64,000 bases of DNA, from positions 3,504,389 to 3,568,388 of the forward strand of contig CM121343.1 of the NCBI GenBank assembly GCA_051530055.1. The letters run 5' to 3'. This stretch comes from Neoechinorhynchus agilis (Eukaryota; Animalia; Acanthocephala). Position numbers and translations under genes: made by a program. Of this stretch, positions 1-11,213 are shown piece after piece. The notes under the pieces are model-generated. The model had not been told where the DNA came from. It made no database searches and saw nothing but the letters and a program-made list of their open reading frames with translations. Within the stretch, counting starts at the first letter, position 1, and every line of letters starts with the position of its first letter.

Positions 1-302
1 TCTACGAACTTCGTTTGGTTCATCATCAGTTTGTTATTTGATCCCCTTACGAGGTTCGTAGAACGTTTTTTGAATCGAAAAAATCATTTACCCGGTGGAG
101 ACTTCTATACAATAATCCTAATTGAAGAATGTTTTTTAAATATTTCTCCAAAGGAAAGGGAACGCAGTGTATTACGATTAATCGAATACATTAATTGGAA
201 AATCAATTATAATTCATTTTTCCTTTATTGTGCATTACACGTTATTTTTTGATTGTGCGTGTTTATAGCCGAATATCATTTATATATATAGTTTGATGGC
301 CA

Positions 303-1423
303 CTATGCACCTCCAGAGCAAGCGGTTCCAACGAGAGCACTTGAGCGCATTTTCCAAATTCCGTTGTAGCGTTCAGGCATCACCATACATAGATAATTAA
401 CCCGTAATCCCATTAACCGGACCGCTTCTATATTAGGCGGACGATTAGTTAAATAGGCAGTGATTGCTTCTGCGGTAGGCGCATGGCCTGCTACGAGAAC
501 ATTGACCGTTCCACCTTTTTGTTTGCCCTTTAACCTTTCAGCGTGATCTAAGATTCTATTCGTCACTCGTGCACTTCGAGCATAATACTCCAACTCAGTT
601 TCTAAACGGTTCACTTGAGAAGTAAATGGACGATTACTAGTTCCATAGCAATTGTGAATACCATTTGCTTGCCACTCAGCAATTGTAAGGAACGGGAATT
701 CCGGAAGCTTTTGCAGGAAAGGATTCCAACTAAAACATTCAAACAAATCCATATCCATATGTATACAAGTATCCGCCGATTTATTTCCATCAAGTACTCC
801 TTTAGCCGTTTGAACAGTACGTGTCGATGGTGAACAGTAGCAGAGATCAATTAATATCTTGTTAATCCGCAAGATTTGACCAACCTTAACAGCCCCTTCT
901 TGACCATTGCGAGTCAAAGGAGTGTCATAGGAATATTCCAATATATAACGCCGTTTGAATCATCGATTCTCTTATCAATGGATCGATTCTTGAGAGTCGA
1001 TAATGTCGGAAGCCTAGCTGGCATGTTAGAATGAAATGGAGTGTACTGAATCGTCTGACCACCATAGACATTTTCACCTTGTACTGAAAGTGATTTACTA
1101 ATCCAGTCTGGTACTGCAGCAAGACCATTTGATCCATTCATCATTGGCATGCTTAGATCTGCGGATTGACCGAATACTGCATCCACGCGCTCCCCGTGAC
1201 GGATAATGATTAATCGAATATCGGGTTCCGAATCGTTTCGTTTGAAAATCATGTATTGATGGGATTGTTGAGGTCCCAAAGCAACTTGGGACAGTGAATG
1301 GGGAGGATACCTGTCAAGAGCAAGTGTTGGAGTTGGTTGAGGCATCAAAGACGAGTACGAATTCCAATAAGGAGCATAGTTAGAATTCGTGAAGGGGACT
1401 ACTTGAGGTGAATAGTTGTTCAT
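303..1423 (-). CDS. Sts/UBASH3-family histidine phosphatase (PGM-like domain only), split by a one-base frame discontinuity near 915-955
   Basis: RHGERVD active-site motif in ORF 914-1423; DTPLT, CSPSTRTVQTA and VLVAGHA motifs in ORF 303-941; no AG acceptor in the interval where the frame must change. Confidence 0.8.
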
Positions 1424-1575
1424 GGCTTTTTAAGCAAATTTCATTTGACAATCTTAAACGAAAATGCGATATCGTAGCGTAAGTGGCTCTAGTAAACTCG
1501 CGGTTCAAACGCTAGTTTCTATGGTTCGCTTGTGCCCATTTTGTTGTTCAAACAAAGGAATGAAAATGCGTATAC

Positions 1576-1929
1576 ATGCATCTCACGTTCCCTCATAAAC
1601 ACTTTGCTCATTTGAATAGTATGAGGCAGAAGTGGCGTGTCTGCACTAAAACGCACTTTCCTCATGAGTGCAGCAGAAAAGAAGGCCTAGCGTGCCGCCA
1701 ACTATCCAACGGAGAATTAAACGCCATGAACTGTCATGAACTAATGTGTGCACGGTGCTTTACTCACCACAACCTGATTCGAACGTTCGTCATTGAAAGG
1801 ATGTCACTGAATACTCCGGAGTTCTTGGAACACTTGCTCGAAAAAGATTTTAAACTTAGACGTCTCGTCAAAGACTGTAGCTCCCTAAATTACCATCAAC
1901 GATTGCCCAAAGAACCACCGATCCGCTAA
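1576..1929 (+). CDS. Hypothetical Cys/His-rich 117-aa ORF, divergent from the phosphatase gene
   Basis: ORF only; its 3' end runs into a tandem repeat; no family recognised. Confidence 0.2.
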   Translation: MHLTFPHKHFAHLNSMRQKWRVCTKTHFPHECSRKEGLACRQLSNGELNAMNCHELMCARCFTHHNLIRTFVIERMSLNTPEFLEHLLEKDFKLRRLVKDCSSLNYHQRLPKEPPIR

Positions 1930-2296
1930 AGTTCAAGTTCTAAACTCATTAATAGAAGTCATGTTTTCGAAAAAGACCCATTTACACTTTTTTGTTCTTA
2001 TAAATTCGTACTTTAAATTACCATCAACAATTGAAAAAAGAACCACCGATCCGCTAACGTTCAAGTTCTAAACTCATTAATAGAAGTCATGTTTTCGAAA
2101 AAGACGCATTTACACTTTTTTGTTTTTGAAAATTCGTACTTTAAATTACCATCAACGATTAGCCAATGAACCACCGATCAGTTAAATTTTGTGTTTAAAA
2201 CTCATTAATAAAAATCGTGTTTTGAAAAGAAGCATACCAATCCTTTTGTTCTTTACACTTTTTTAATTTTAAAATTCGTTCTTTAAATTACCATGA
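1886..2296. repeat. About 128-bp AT-rich tandem repeat, about 3.2 diverged copies
   Basis: TAAATTACCATCAAC...GAACCACCGATC...AAACTCATTAATA recurs at about 1886, 2013 and 2141, partial at 2284. Confidence 0.85.
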
Positions 2297-2809
2297 AGGT
2301 TTGCCGAATAATCATCAGTTTTCACAGTAGATTTTTATTCTTAAGATCAATAATATTCCAAATATTGATTTAAAAAAGCACGTTGTTTTTTCGCATTTCA
2401 TATTCGAAATTTTAATTAGTGTAAGAGATTGCAGAATAAACATTCGTTTTAACAACCGATTTTTATGTGCGAATTTTGATAAACGCATTCACATCTTCCC
2501 AATCGATTATTACAGACGCAGGTGTTGAAACCTAATCAGTGTACAAAATTAATTCCCAAGAGTAAGCAACAATTTTAGTCGAGCTGATGATTACAATGAC
2601 AAAAACCTAATTTGATCAATGAAACAGGTTTAATTTTTTGCATAATATGGGAAAAATTAAATGTGGTAGCCGTTAGCGCTAGCCATTTTGCGCTGTTTAA
2701 CTTTTTTTGTTTTTCATTTATCCTTACAGTCAGACATACGCATGATTATGTTCTTCAGATTGATTGGTCTTGCCACATCTTCTTTTGAGCCACTCGGCTA
2801 TATTCATTT

Positions 2810-3030
2810 TTTTGAGAGCCTTTCGGCTGACTTGCACACATCGGAGGCGCTTAGCCGCACTCGGAGGGCCAGGGCCAATTCACTTTTTGGGGCTGATGGG
2901 TGATCTCAAACCTGACCCCCCACCCTTCCAGCAGCCTCGCGCACCCGTGGAACCCAGCGACCGGTGGCGTTGAACCATCGACATATCGAGCACATTATGA
3001 ACGCGCACACCACACGGCCACTGGGCCCCA
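2810..3030 (-). mobile_element. tRNA-derived SINE-like element (family A)
   Basis: GC-rich island; the minus strand reads A-box-like TGGCCGTGTGG, B-box GGTTCAACGCC, a terminal AGCC-GAAA-GGCT hairpin and an A7 tail. Confidence 0.55.
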
Positions 3031-3217
3031 AAATTTTTGTTTCCTGTTAATATTCAGCAAATAATGCTACTCGAATTTCATGATTTAAAAACGATTGCGC
3101 TCAGTTTGTTGTGTTCAAAGTGACACCAATGTTTGATTTGTGCTAAATTTGAAGGTGTCAATGTTAAAAAAAGGTATGAACTGATATGTTTTATTATGGG
3201 AAATTAATGATTGCATT

Positions 3218-5184
3218 TTACTTCAAACCAACTTCAATTCCCCACGTATCCCTGTCCTCGTTTCGTTTTAATTTTCTTGATGGGATCCACTTAAAAGCTT
3301 CTTTCCAATCATTACCCGATTGATATAAGCTAGCAAGTATATTTATGCACTGATCGACAGTAAGTTCTTTGCTTCCGCCACAGAATTTCACATAACGATC
3401 CAAAGGTAGTTTTGCCGATCTGAGACGCTTGTCAGTTGCTTTGGAATAAGTCAGAGGGCGGCTAGGTCTCTCAGCAAGGGCACCAATGACATAGATATCA
3501 TCGTCATTCACATCGATCAGTTCAGTATTGGAATGTGGACTAAGATAAATAAGCCTACGAGGATCGACCACTTCATCAATATCCAGAGGCGTCAACTCAG
3601 CTAACAATTTGTCAGAATCCACATTTCGCTCTGAAATCATTCTACCAGTACTTTTGCAGTTGTACTTAATAGGAAGATTCTCCAACAAGCACGGAATCTA
3701 CGCAAATTGTAAGAACCGTAGTTCCGTGCAAAATTGATTGCTTTAATTTAGAATCCAATTTAAGAAACAAATCTTACTCTATTGGCACTTCCGATCATAA
3801 GGAGTTGCTTCCATGGTCGAACATTATGTTGAGAAAATCTTTCTGTTTGGAAATTGAACTATTCATGCTTGTTTATGGCGTAAAATTAAAGGTATTTTGG
3901 TTACGCCATAAACAAGCAAAAATCATTCTAAGTTAAAAATTGAAAATTATGCCATAATATTTAAGGTCATTTAGGAATTATTTGAAGCACTCTAAATTGA
4001 ATATAAGCGAATGGCAGTGTTTTGATTAAGATTACCGAGCGTAAAAATATCCATTGCTCAAAGATCACAATGACGGGAAGATGCAAAAACGTACGATGAA
4101 TTTTGTGGTAAAACATTGTGATTTTTTTGAATTCAAACTTCTATAATTCCACTTGCAATATATTGAATTTCTTTTTAGATAATCAATTGATTCGTACATT
4201 CAAATGCATCCCAAAGAACTTTGAATATCCTTACTAAATAGCTAAATCTTTGTTTTCGAAAAAGGAAAACTTGGGTTGTTCTAATGACAAAAAGAAAATC
4301 TTTATTTCCGAGCTTTCGCCGTCCTATGACTTCTTCAGGACTTTCCTTTTTCCACATGCCTTTGTAGATTGCTCGGAATTAAAGATTTTCTTTTTGTCAT
4401 TAGAACAAAACTTGAACAATGATGCTTATATAAAAACTAAGTAGTATTTCACAGCATTCTCTGTCATTGTTTAAACATCCAAGCATTCAGAAGCGGCGAA
4501 ACATCTCGAGGATCCATCATTTCCTTTTCTTAATCTAAGCATGAGCGATATTTTGACTACATAAAAAAGTCCACAATGGATATCAATAACACCGATCAAT
4601 AGATTTTAGCAATAAACTGCACAAGTACTTTGGGTATCGATTAAGGAATCCTTTCTGTAGTTGCAAAGAGTAATCATGAATGGAAGTTCATAGTGTTTAT
4701 TGTAGCCCATTGCCATTATAATTTGATCAGCTAATGATTTAAGGTGGAGCTTTTTGTGCTCATTTTCGAATGAACAATCGATCAAAAGTCGCCGTTTGAG
4801 TCTCCATGCTACCATCAACCTTGACATGTCATAGTTGTTTTCTTGTCTAAGGGAAATATGCGAGAAACAAGTCCGATATCCGGGGTACGACGAAGGCGGA
4901 AGACCATCTTCCAATCGTTTCATTCTTTGAACAGCCTTCTCAGCCATAAACACCTTCTGTTGCTCACGATGTTCAGCCTTTTGCTGAGCGTAAACTTCTC
5001 TTAGGAACAAATATCGAAACAATTTGCGACGATCACTCACATTCGCACTCATCAATTCCGGCCAATGAGATTCCGGAATAACTTCCGGCGCTTGCTCACC
5101 GCTTTCGCGAAGACTTCGTGCTTCCAGTTCAACGACATAGCGCTTCTGATCATCAGTTATTGCATTGATCGTCGAATTTACCAA
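3218..5184 (-). CDS. TRMT10C: tRNA m1R9 methyltransferase / mitochondrial RNase P protein 1; two coding exons with an intron of about 920 nt (about 3698-4617); N-terminal exon (probably 5200-5340) unresolved
   Basis: SPOUT TRM10 motifs LIDCSF, LCN, IYLSPHS, YVIGALAE, LPLDRYVKF, LTVDQ; splicing GCA|gtttat...gcgtag|ATT gives CN-x14-IP spacing as recalled for the family. Confidence 0.75.
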
Positions 5185-5554
5185 TCAATTCGAAGATCAA
5201 TAATTTAGGGAATCATAATCTTTGGACTTGTTGAGATAGCTACTAAGCCATTCCTCCACAGTTGCATAATTTCTCCCTATTATAAAATACAAAGACGAAC
5301 GCGCGCGAGAGGCCCACACAGAGACCAACATAATCATAATATTTCTTAATTTTAATACCCAGGCCGTCCGCGGCGTGATTCTATCGTGACACATGACGTC
5401 AACATGGAATATGACAACAATCACAGTCTGATGCATAAATTTATGGTTCTGATTTGTGGTGAAGATAATCCCGGTTAAAAATGATTTTATTACTAGGAAA
5501 TAATTCGAAGGAGGGCAATTCGTCTTATCAATCATTATTCTGGGAGGCAAGTTT

Positions 5555-7550
5555 CCTCTTTCGAATTATTTCATTGGAATAAAATGATTTTTTTGATTAG
5601 GACGAGTGTATTCACCACACAAGTCAATATTTGATTTATTTGAGATATTTCGAGAAGGTAACCTCGCCTCGTTGGGAAAAATGACCAAGGAGGCGAGGTT
5701 ACCTCCTTCGAAATATTTCATTGCGATAAAATGATTTTTTTGAGTAGGGCGAGTACATTCACCACACAAGTCAATATTTGATTTATTTGAGATATTTCGA
5801 AGGAGGTAACCTCGCCTCGTTGGACAAAATGACCAAGGAGGCGAGGTTACCTCCTTCGAAATATTTCATTGCGATAAAATGATTTTTTTGAGTAGGGCGA
5901 GTACATTCACCACACAAGTCAATATTTGATTTATTTGAGATATTTCGAAGGAGGTAACCTCGCCTCGTTGGGAAAAATGACCGAGGAGGCGAGGTTACCT
6001 CCTTCGAAATATTTCATTACAATAAAATGATTTTTTTTGAGTAGGGCGAGTACATTCACCACACAAGTCAATATTTGATTTATTTGAGATATTTCGAAGG
6101 AGGTAACCTCGCCTCGTTGGGAAAAATGAAGGAGGCGAGTTACCTCCTTCGAAATATTTCATTACAATAAAATGATTTTTTTGAGTAGGGCGAGTACATT
6201 CACCACACAAGTCAATATTTGATTTATTTGAGATATTTCGAAGGAGGTAACCTCGCCTCGTTGGGAAAAATGACCAAGGAGGCGAGGTTACCTCCTTCGA
6301 AATATTTCATTACAATAAAATGATTTTTTTGAGTAGGGCGAGTACATTCACCACACAAGTCAATATTTGATTTATTTGAGATATTTCGAAGGAGGTAACC
6401 TCGCCTCGTTGGGAAAAATGACCAAGGAGGCGAGGTTACCTCCTTCGAAATATTTCATTACAATAAAATGATTTTTTTGAGTAGGGCGAGTACATTCACC
6501 ACACAAGTCAATATTTGATTTATTTGAGATATTTCGAGGAGGTAACCTCGCCTCGTTGGGAAAAATGACCGAGGAGGCGAGGTTACCTCCTTCGAAATAT
6601 TTCATTACAATAAAATGATTTTTTTTGAGTAGGGCGAGTACATTCACCACACAAGTCAATATTTGATTTATTTGAGATATTTCGAAGGAGGTAACCTCGC
6701 CTCGTTGGGAAAAATGACCGAGGAGGCGAAGTTTCCTCTTTCGAAATATTTCATTGCGATAAAATGATTTTTTTGAGTAGGGCGAGTATACTCACCACAC
6801 AAGTCAATATTTGATTTATTTGAGATATTTCGAAGGAGGTAACCTCGCCTCGTTGGGAAAAATGACTGAGGAGGCGAAGTTTCCTCTTTCGAAATATTTC
6901 ATTGCGATAAAATGATTTTTTTGAGTAGGGCGAGTACATTCACCACACAAGTCAATATTTGATTTATTTGAGATATTTCGAAGGAGGTAACCTCGCCTCG
7001 TTGGGAAAAATGACCGAGGAGGCGAAGTTTCCTCTTTCGAAATATTTCATTGCGATAAAATGATTTTTTTGAGTAGGGCGAGTATACTCACCACACAAGT
7101 CAATATTTGATTTATTTGAGATATTTCGAAGGAGGTAACCTCGCCTCGTTGGGAAAAATGACTCGAGGAGGCGAAGTTTCTTCTTTCGAAATATTTCATT
7201 GCGATAAAATGATTTTTTTGAGTAGGGCGAGTATACTCACCACACAAGTCAATATTTGATTTATTTGAGATATTTCGAAGGAGGTAACCTCGCCTCGTTG
7301 GGAAAAATGACTGAGGAGGCGAAGTTTCCTCTTTCGAAATATTTCATTGCGATAAAATGATTTTTTTGAGTAGGGCGATTACATTCACCACACACGTCAA
7401 TATTTGATTTATTTGAGATATTTCGAAGGAGGTAACCTCGCCTCGTTGGGAAAAATGACTGAGGAGGCGAGGTTACCTCTTTCGAAATATTTCATTACAA
7501 TAAAATGATTTTTTTGAGTGGGGCGAGTATATTCACCACACAAGTCAAAA
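5555..7550. repeat. About 147-bp tandem array, about 13.5 copies, each with a 27-bp internal inverted repeat
   Basis: TTCGAAATATTTCA recurs at 5707, 5855, 6003, 6148 and onward; ATATTTCGAAGGAGGTAACCTCGCCTC / GAGGCGAGGTTACCTCCTTCGAAATAT in each unit. Confidence 0.97.
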
Positions 7551-7924
7551 CTTACCATCCCAATGGATTTTCTTGATATGACAAATTTATAGGTTTCCGA
7601 TCATTATAATTAACGTATTTTAGCAATTGTGGAACTGCAGACCGTTTAAGACCTTAGATTTGCTGCTTAAGATTCACAAGATTAAAGGAAGATCCATTCA
7701 CCTCAATCCCCTAAAATTGAGAAAATCTTCGAGGTAAACCCAAATATATCCAGATTCCAAACCAGGAAAAACTCATACAACCCTACTATTCCCATACTGT
7801 GTGATTCTTCATTTATTCTCCTTATTTTTGAGGATTTTACAATCGCTCCGCTCGCCGTCGAAGAGGACCACAGGCGCCCTTCGAAAACGTTCTTGCAATA
7901 GTCACCAGAGGAATACCGGAAAGA

Positions 7925-9139
7925 TTGCATTCCGATAGCCCAAACCTCAGTGCGAGTGCGGACCCTATCGAGGGAGGCATTTTGCATGCCACAAAAACGT
8001 GCGCTGCGCCGGTTGTTTCGCTCGCCGGCGAGGGGGTGCCCAGTCTCCAATGCAAATCGGTCAAATGCAGTGTTTGTCTTCGTGACTTCAAACCGACTCT
8101 TAGTGGTCTCGTCCGCTCCCACGGTCAACATGGGTCGCATTGCCCTGGATCCAGAGAACCGCCAACTCAGCCTGCATCTCCGTCTTCATCCAACCCATCC
8201 AATCGAACTCACAACGGTGGTCCAACACCAGCACTGATCGAGATGCTTTCACACGGTACCCGAATGATTAGACGAATCCCGCGAGGCGCCAGGTCCTCCG
8301 TACCCTTCAAATTAGCATGCCTGATTGAGCGCATCCTACGTGATTCAACCGTACCATCTGACTGGTTCAACCTCCTCGCGTTTCCGAAAGCCGTCTTACG
8401 TGTTTCCACACAAACATCTGAAGCCAACGAGAATCAATCGCTTAGCCAAAAGATTCGCAACAGGTCCGACGCTCTCGAGTCCCTTCAACAAGTAGATCAT
8501 CTTGGATGGCAGAGCCATCGCCGTAGTGCTACTCACGACGCAGATTCTCAACTCCGCAGAATGCTCCGAGAAGCTGGAGGACAGCTATCTCAGAGGTGCC
8601 GTTCGACTTGTAAGCGGAACGGACCGCCTACTCGCGCCGAACAAGGACATTTTCCACTTTAAAATTGAAGCACTCTCCACGCAGACGGAGTTGCTTCAAG
8701 CCAAATTATGATCCGTCGAGCACAGAGCCCGATCGCGGCACCCTCATTCCCATTACAGTCTCCACCGTCACTTCCGCTCTGATGTCGTTTCCGCCATCGT
8801 CAGCTGGAGGGCATGATGGTTTGAGCCGTCGACACTTACGGGATTTGACCTGTTTCTCTTATGGAGCTCAAGGTACGCGATTGCTGAACGCGATCACCGA
8901 GCTCATACGCATAATCATTCGCGGTGTCGCACGTCTACTCTGCGGTACCAAGCTGATCGCTTTCACCAAAAGAAGGTGGAGGGGTTCGTCCCATTGAAGT
9001 GGGTTGTACCTTCCGTCGATTGGCATCCAAAGTCGCATGTCAGTTCGCCACCGATCGATTGATCGACCAACTCTTGCCGGTTCAATTAGGAGTCGGAGTT
9101 CCTGCTGGAGCCGAAGCGGCCGTACATGCAGCACGAGCG
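7925..9139 (+). mobile_element. CRE-clade non-LTR retrotransposon, 5' half (zinc finger to start of RT), frameshifted and truncated
   Basis: CSVC...HG...CPGS finger, RIPRGAR, SFPPSSAGGHDGL, GTKLIAFTK, GAEAAVHAAR motifs spread over three frames. Confidence 0.8.
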
Positions 9140-10500
9140 TGATGTCTGATGTGGAGCAGAGATTGTAATTTGAGTCAGGGCAGAGGTTCTGATTGATGGA
9201 GTCTAAAACCTGCTTCAATTCAGAAGAGGTGAAATTAAGGAAGAGATCAAGGTTACGTAGACCAAGAGACTCCTTGACGGCTCACCACCATGTTGAATTG
9301 CCACCCGGACGAATTTTGGAGGAAAGGAAGTTTTGTGGGCGAAAAGTATTTTGTTAGTTAGAGCTTTTTGGAAACGGGGAAAGTCTGGAGAGTTATTGCG
9401 ATGGGCCTTAGATACATGTTTTTGAAGAAGTTTCAAGATGAGAGTTATCCATGGAGGGTCGCGGTTGGAGATCCTAATGAATTTCTTGGTAATTATCGAA
9501 GTTATGGAATTTTTTACGATTGAGGTTAGGGAGGACATGGCGAAGAAAGGATCATTTGTGTTGTCGGAGTAGAATGTGCGAATATTAGAGTTGAACAATT
9601 TTATAAAATTGGTGCATAACAGTTGCTGGGGAAATGCCGAATGCAAGTCGGGGGAAAGGAGTTGAGTGATACGAAGAATTTGGTAGCGGTGATGTATATC
9701 AGCGGCGAAAGGATCTGCAACAGGGGTTTCCGATACACCAGTAATAAAAATGATGCGATTTATGCCCTTGATGGACTAGTGCATGACAGGGCGGTAAGGC
9801 ATATTACGACAGAAATGAATAGGAGAATTTATTGATTGTAATCACACTGAAGTCGACTTCATATCCTCATAGTTCTTCCTACTGGTTCAGATGTATTTTC
9901 GATCTTTTTCTCAACCTTGGCTTTCTTAGTAGTTATTTGAGGTGAATAGCTTTGCTTTTCCTATCACTGCCTTTTATAGAAGTATTAATATCACACTCCG
10001 CCCCAATAATGTTAGAATTATTAGGTTCTCCAGGCTGCATATCCTCTGAGGTTGGCACCATGTCTCTAATAATCTTCGAGGTATTCGCAGTTTTTTGAAA
10101 ATCACTTGTTTCCAACAAATCTTCGTTTGAGTTTGACATGCTGATGGCATCTATCAAAATCGCATTCTCCTTCGTGGCCGTTTCATTAGCGGATTTCTGT
10201 ATAACATTAGCCTGTTTAAGAAATGAAAAAATTTTATCACAATTTTTTCACGCTTATAATTTAGTTTCTATCAAATGTACTAAAAGACCATGGTGCCGAG
10301 TCAAAAATATCGATATTGTTCAATAGGTATCAGTTCCGGCATTGACATAGCCGCCAGTAAATTGAAGTAGTGCATTTGTTATGTATAAGGAACCAAGAAT
10401 TATGCCTTTTTGGATATTCCCATTGTAATAAAGTTTGCCACCCTCCTTTCCATCCACATTCGTTGGTTCCGATCCTCCTCCTCCGTCATCGGGACGATCA
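9140..10500 (-). mobile_element. Decayed L2/CR1-like LINE, 5' part
   Basis: 9140-9270 is a close match to 22527-22655; DPPWIT motif in ORF 9215-9646; the upstream limit is approximate. Confidence 0.6.
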
Positions 10501-10789
10501 GGAGTTATGAAAATGACGAGATTTTTGTTATTTTCAAGAGACCTATTTTTGAACGAACGAAAATGCGATATATTCTAAAAATATAACGTGCCATGGAGTT
10601 TGTTATGTTAAACCGTTAAATATAGATCGCGATTAAGTGGCAAACTGCCCTCCTCCTTCCACATCCATTGGTTACGATCCTCGTCCTCCATCATTCGAAC
10701 GTGCAATTGACTAAGGCAGTAAAATAGTTCATCACGTGCGGAGGGAGATCTCTCGAATCCCAGAAGCATAAGTTGAATAACTAGTTATA

Positions 10790-10910
10790 GACGGGACTCA
10801 TCAGTGAACTTCCTCCCTTCGGCGGTATTTCGTCCGTTTGGTCGTGTGTCATCGGCGATCGCGGATTCGAACAAACAGGGATTCGGGGCACAAGCCCACT
10901 GGACCACCTC
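10790..10910 (-). mobile_element. tRNA-headed SINE (family B), copy 1
   Basis: Minus strand GAGGTGGTCCAGTGG (A box), GTTCGAATCC (B box), then GAAA...CTGATGAG; homologous to 25997-26107. Confidence 0.65.
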
Positions 10911-11213
10911 TACACAACTACGAAATGTACAAACTCAGCCGTGTGAAAAATATTAAATTTGTTTTCTCGTATTTATTACTTTGTGATTGCTGGAATGCGC
11001 GATTAACGATTCCATATACTAAAAATCAGAATTTCTCCAGTAATGACATTCGAAGTCAATTGTAAAACTTCGACTATTCCAAAAGTTGCAAAGATAAAAA
11101 CGCATTTAAATTGATGGATAATCGGTGTGGAAATGTAACCTGAAATGCAAAAATCGAATTCTTCAATGGATTCATTTATATGGATACTTTGATACGTTTG
11201 TGCTCTAATTATA

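Noticed and set aside
2960-3030. Bona fide tRNA genes at the A/B-box sites (also 10860-10910 and 26065-26107)
   Set aside because: No acceptor stem or cloverleaf could be formed; better explained as SINE heads
5566-7247. Repeated short ORFs (MCGECTRPTQKNHF...) and those at 45347-46066
   Set aside because: By-products of the tandem units, broken by homopolymer length changes
5555-7550. CRISPR-like array (palindromic repeats); the same applies to 38978-39746 and 44377-45884
   Set aside because: The sequence between palindromes is also repeated, so there are no unique spacers; no cas genes; eukaryotic context
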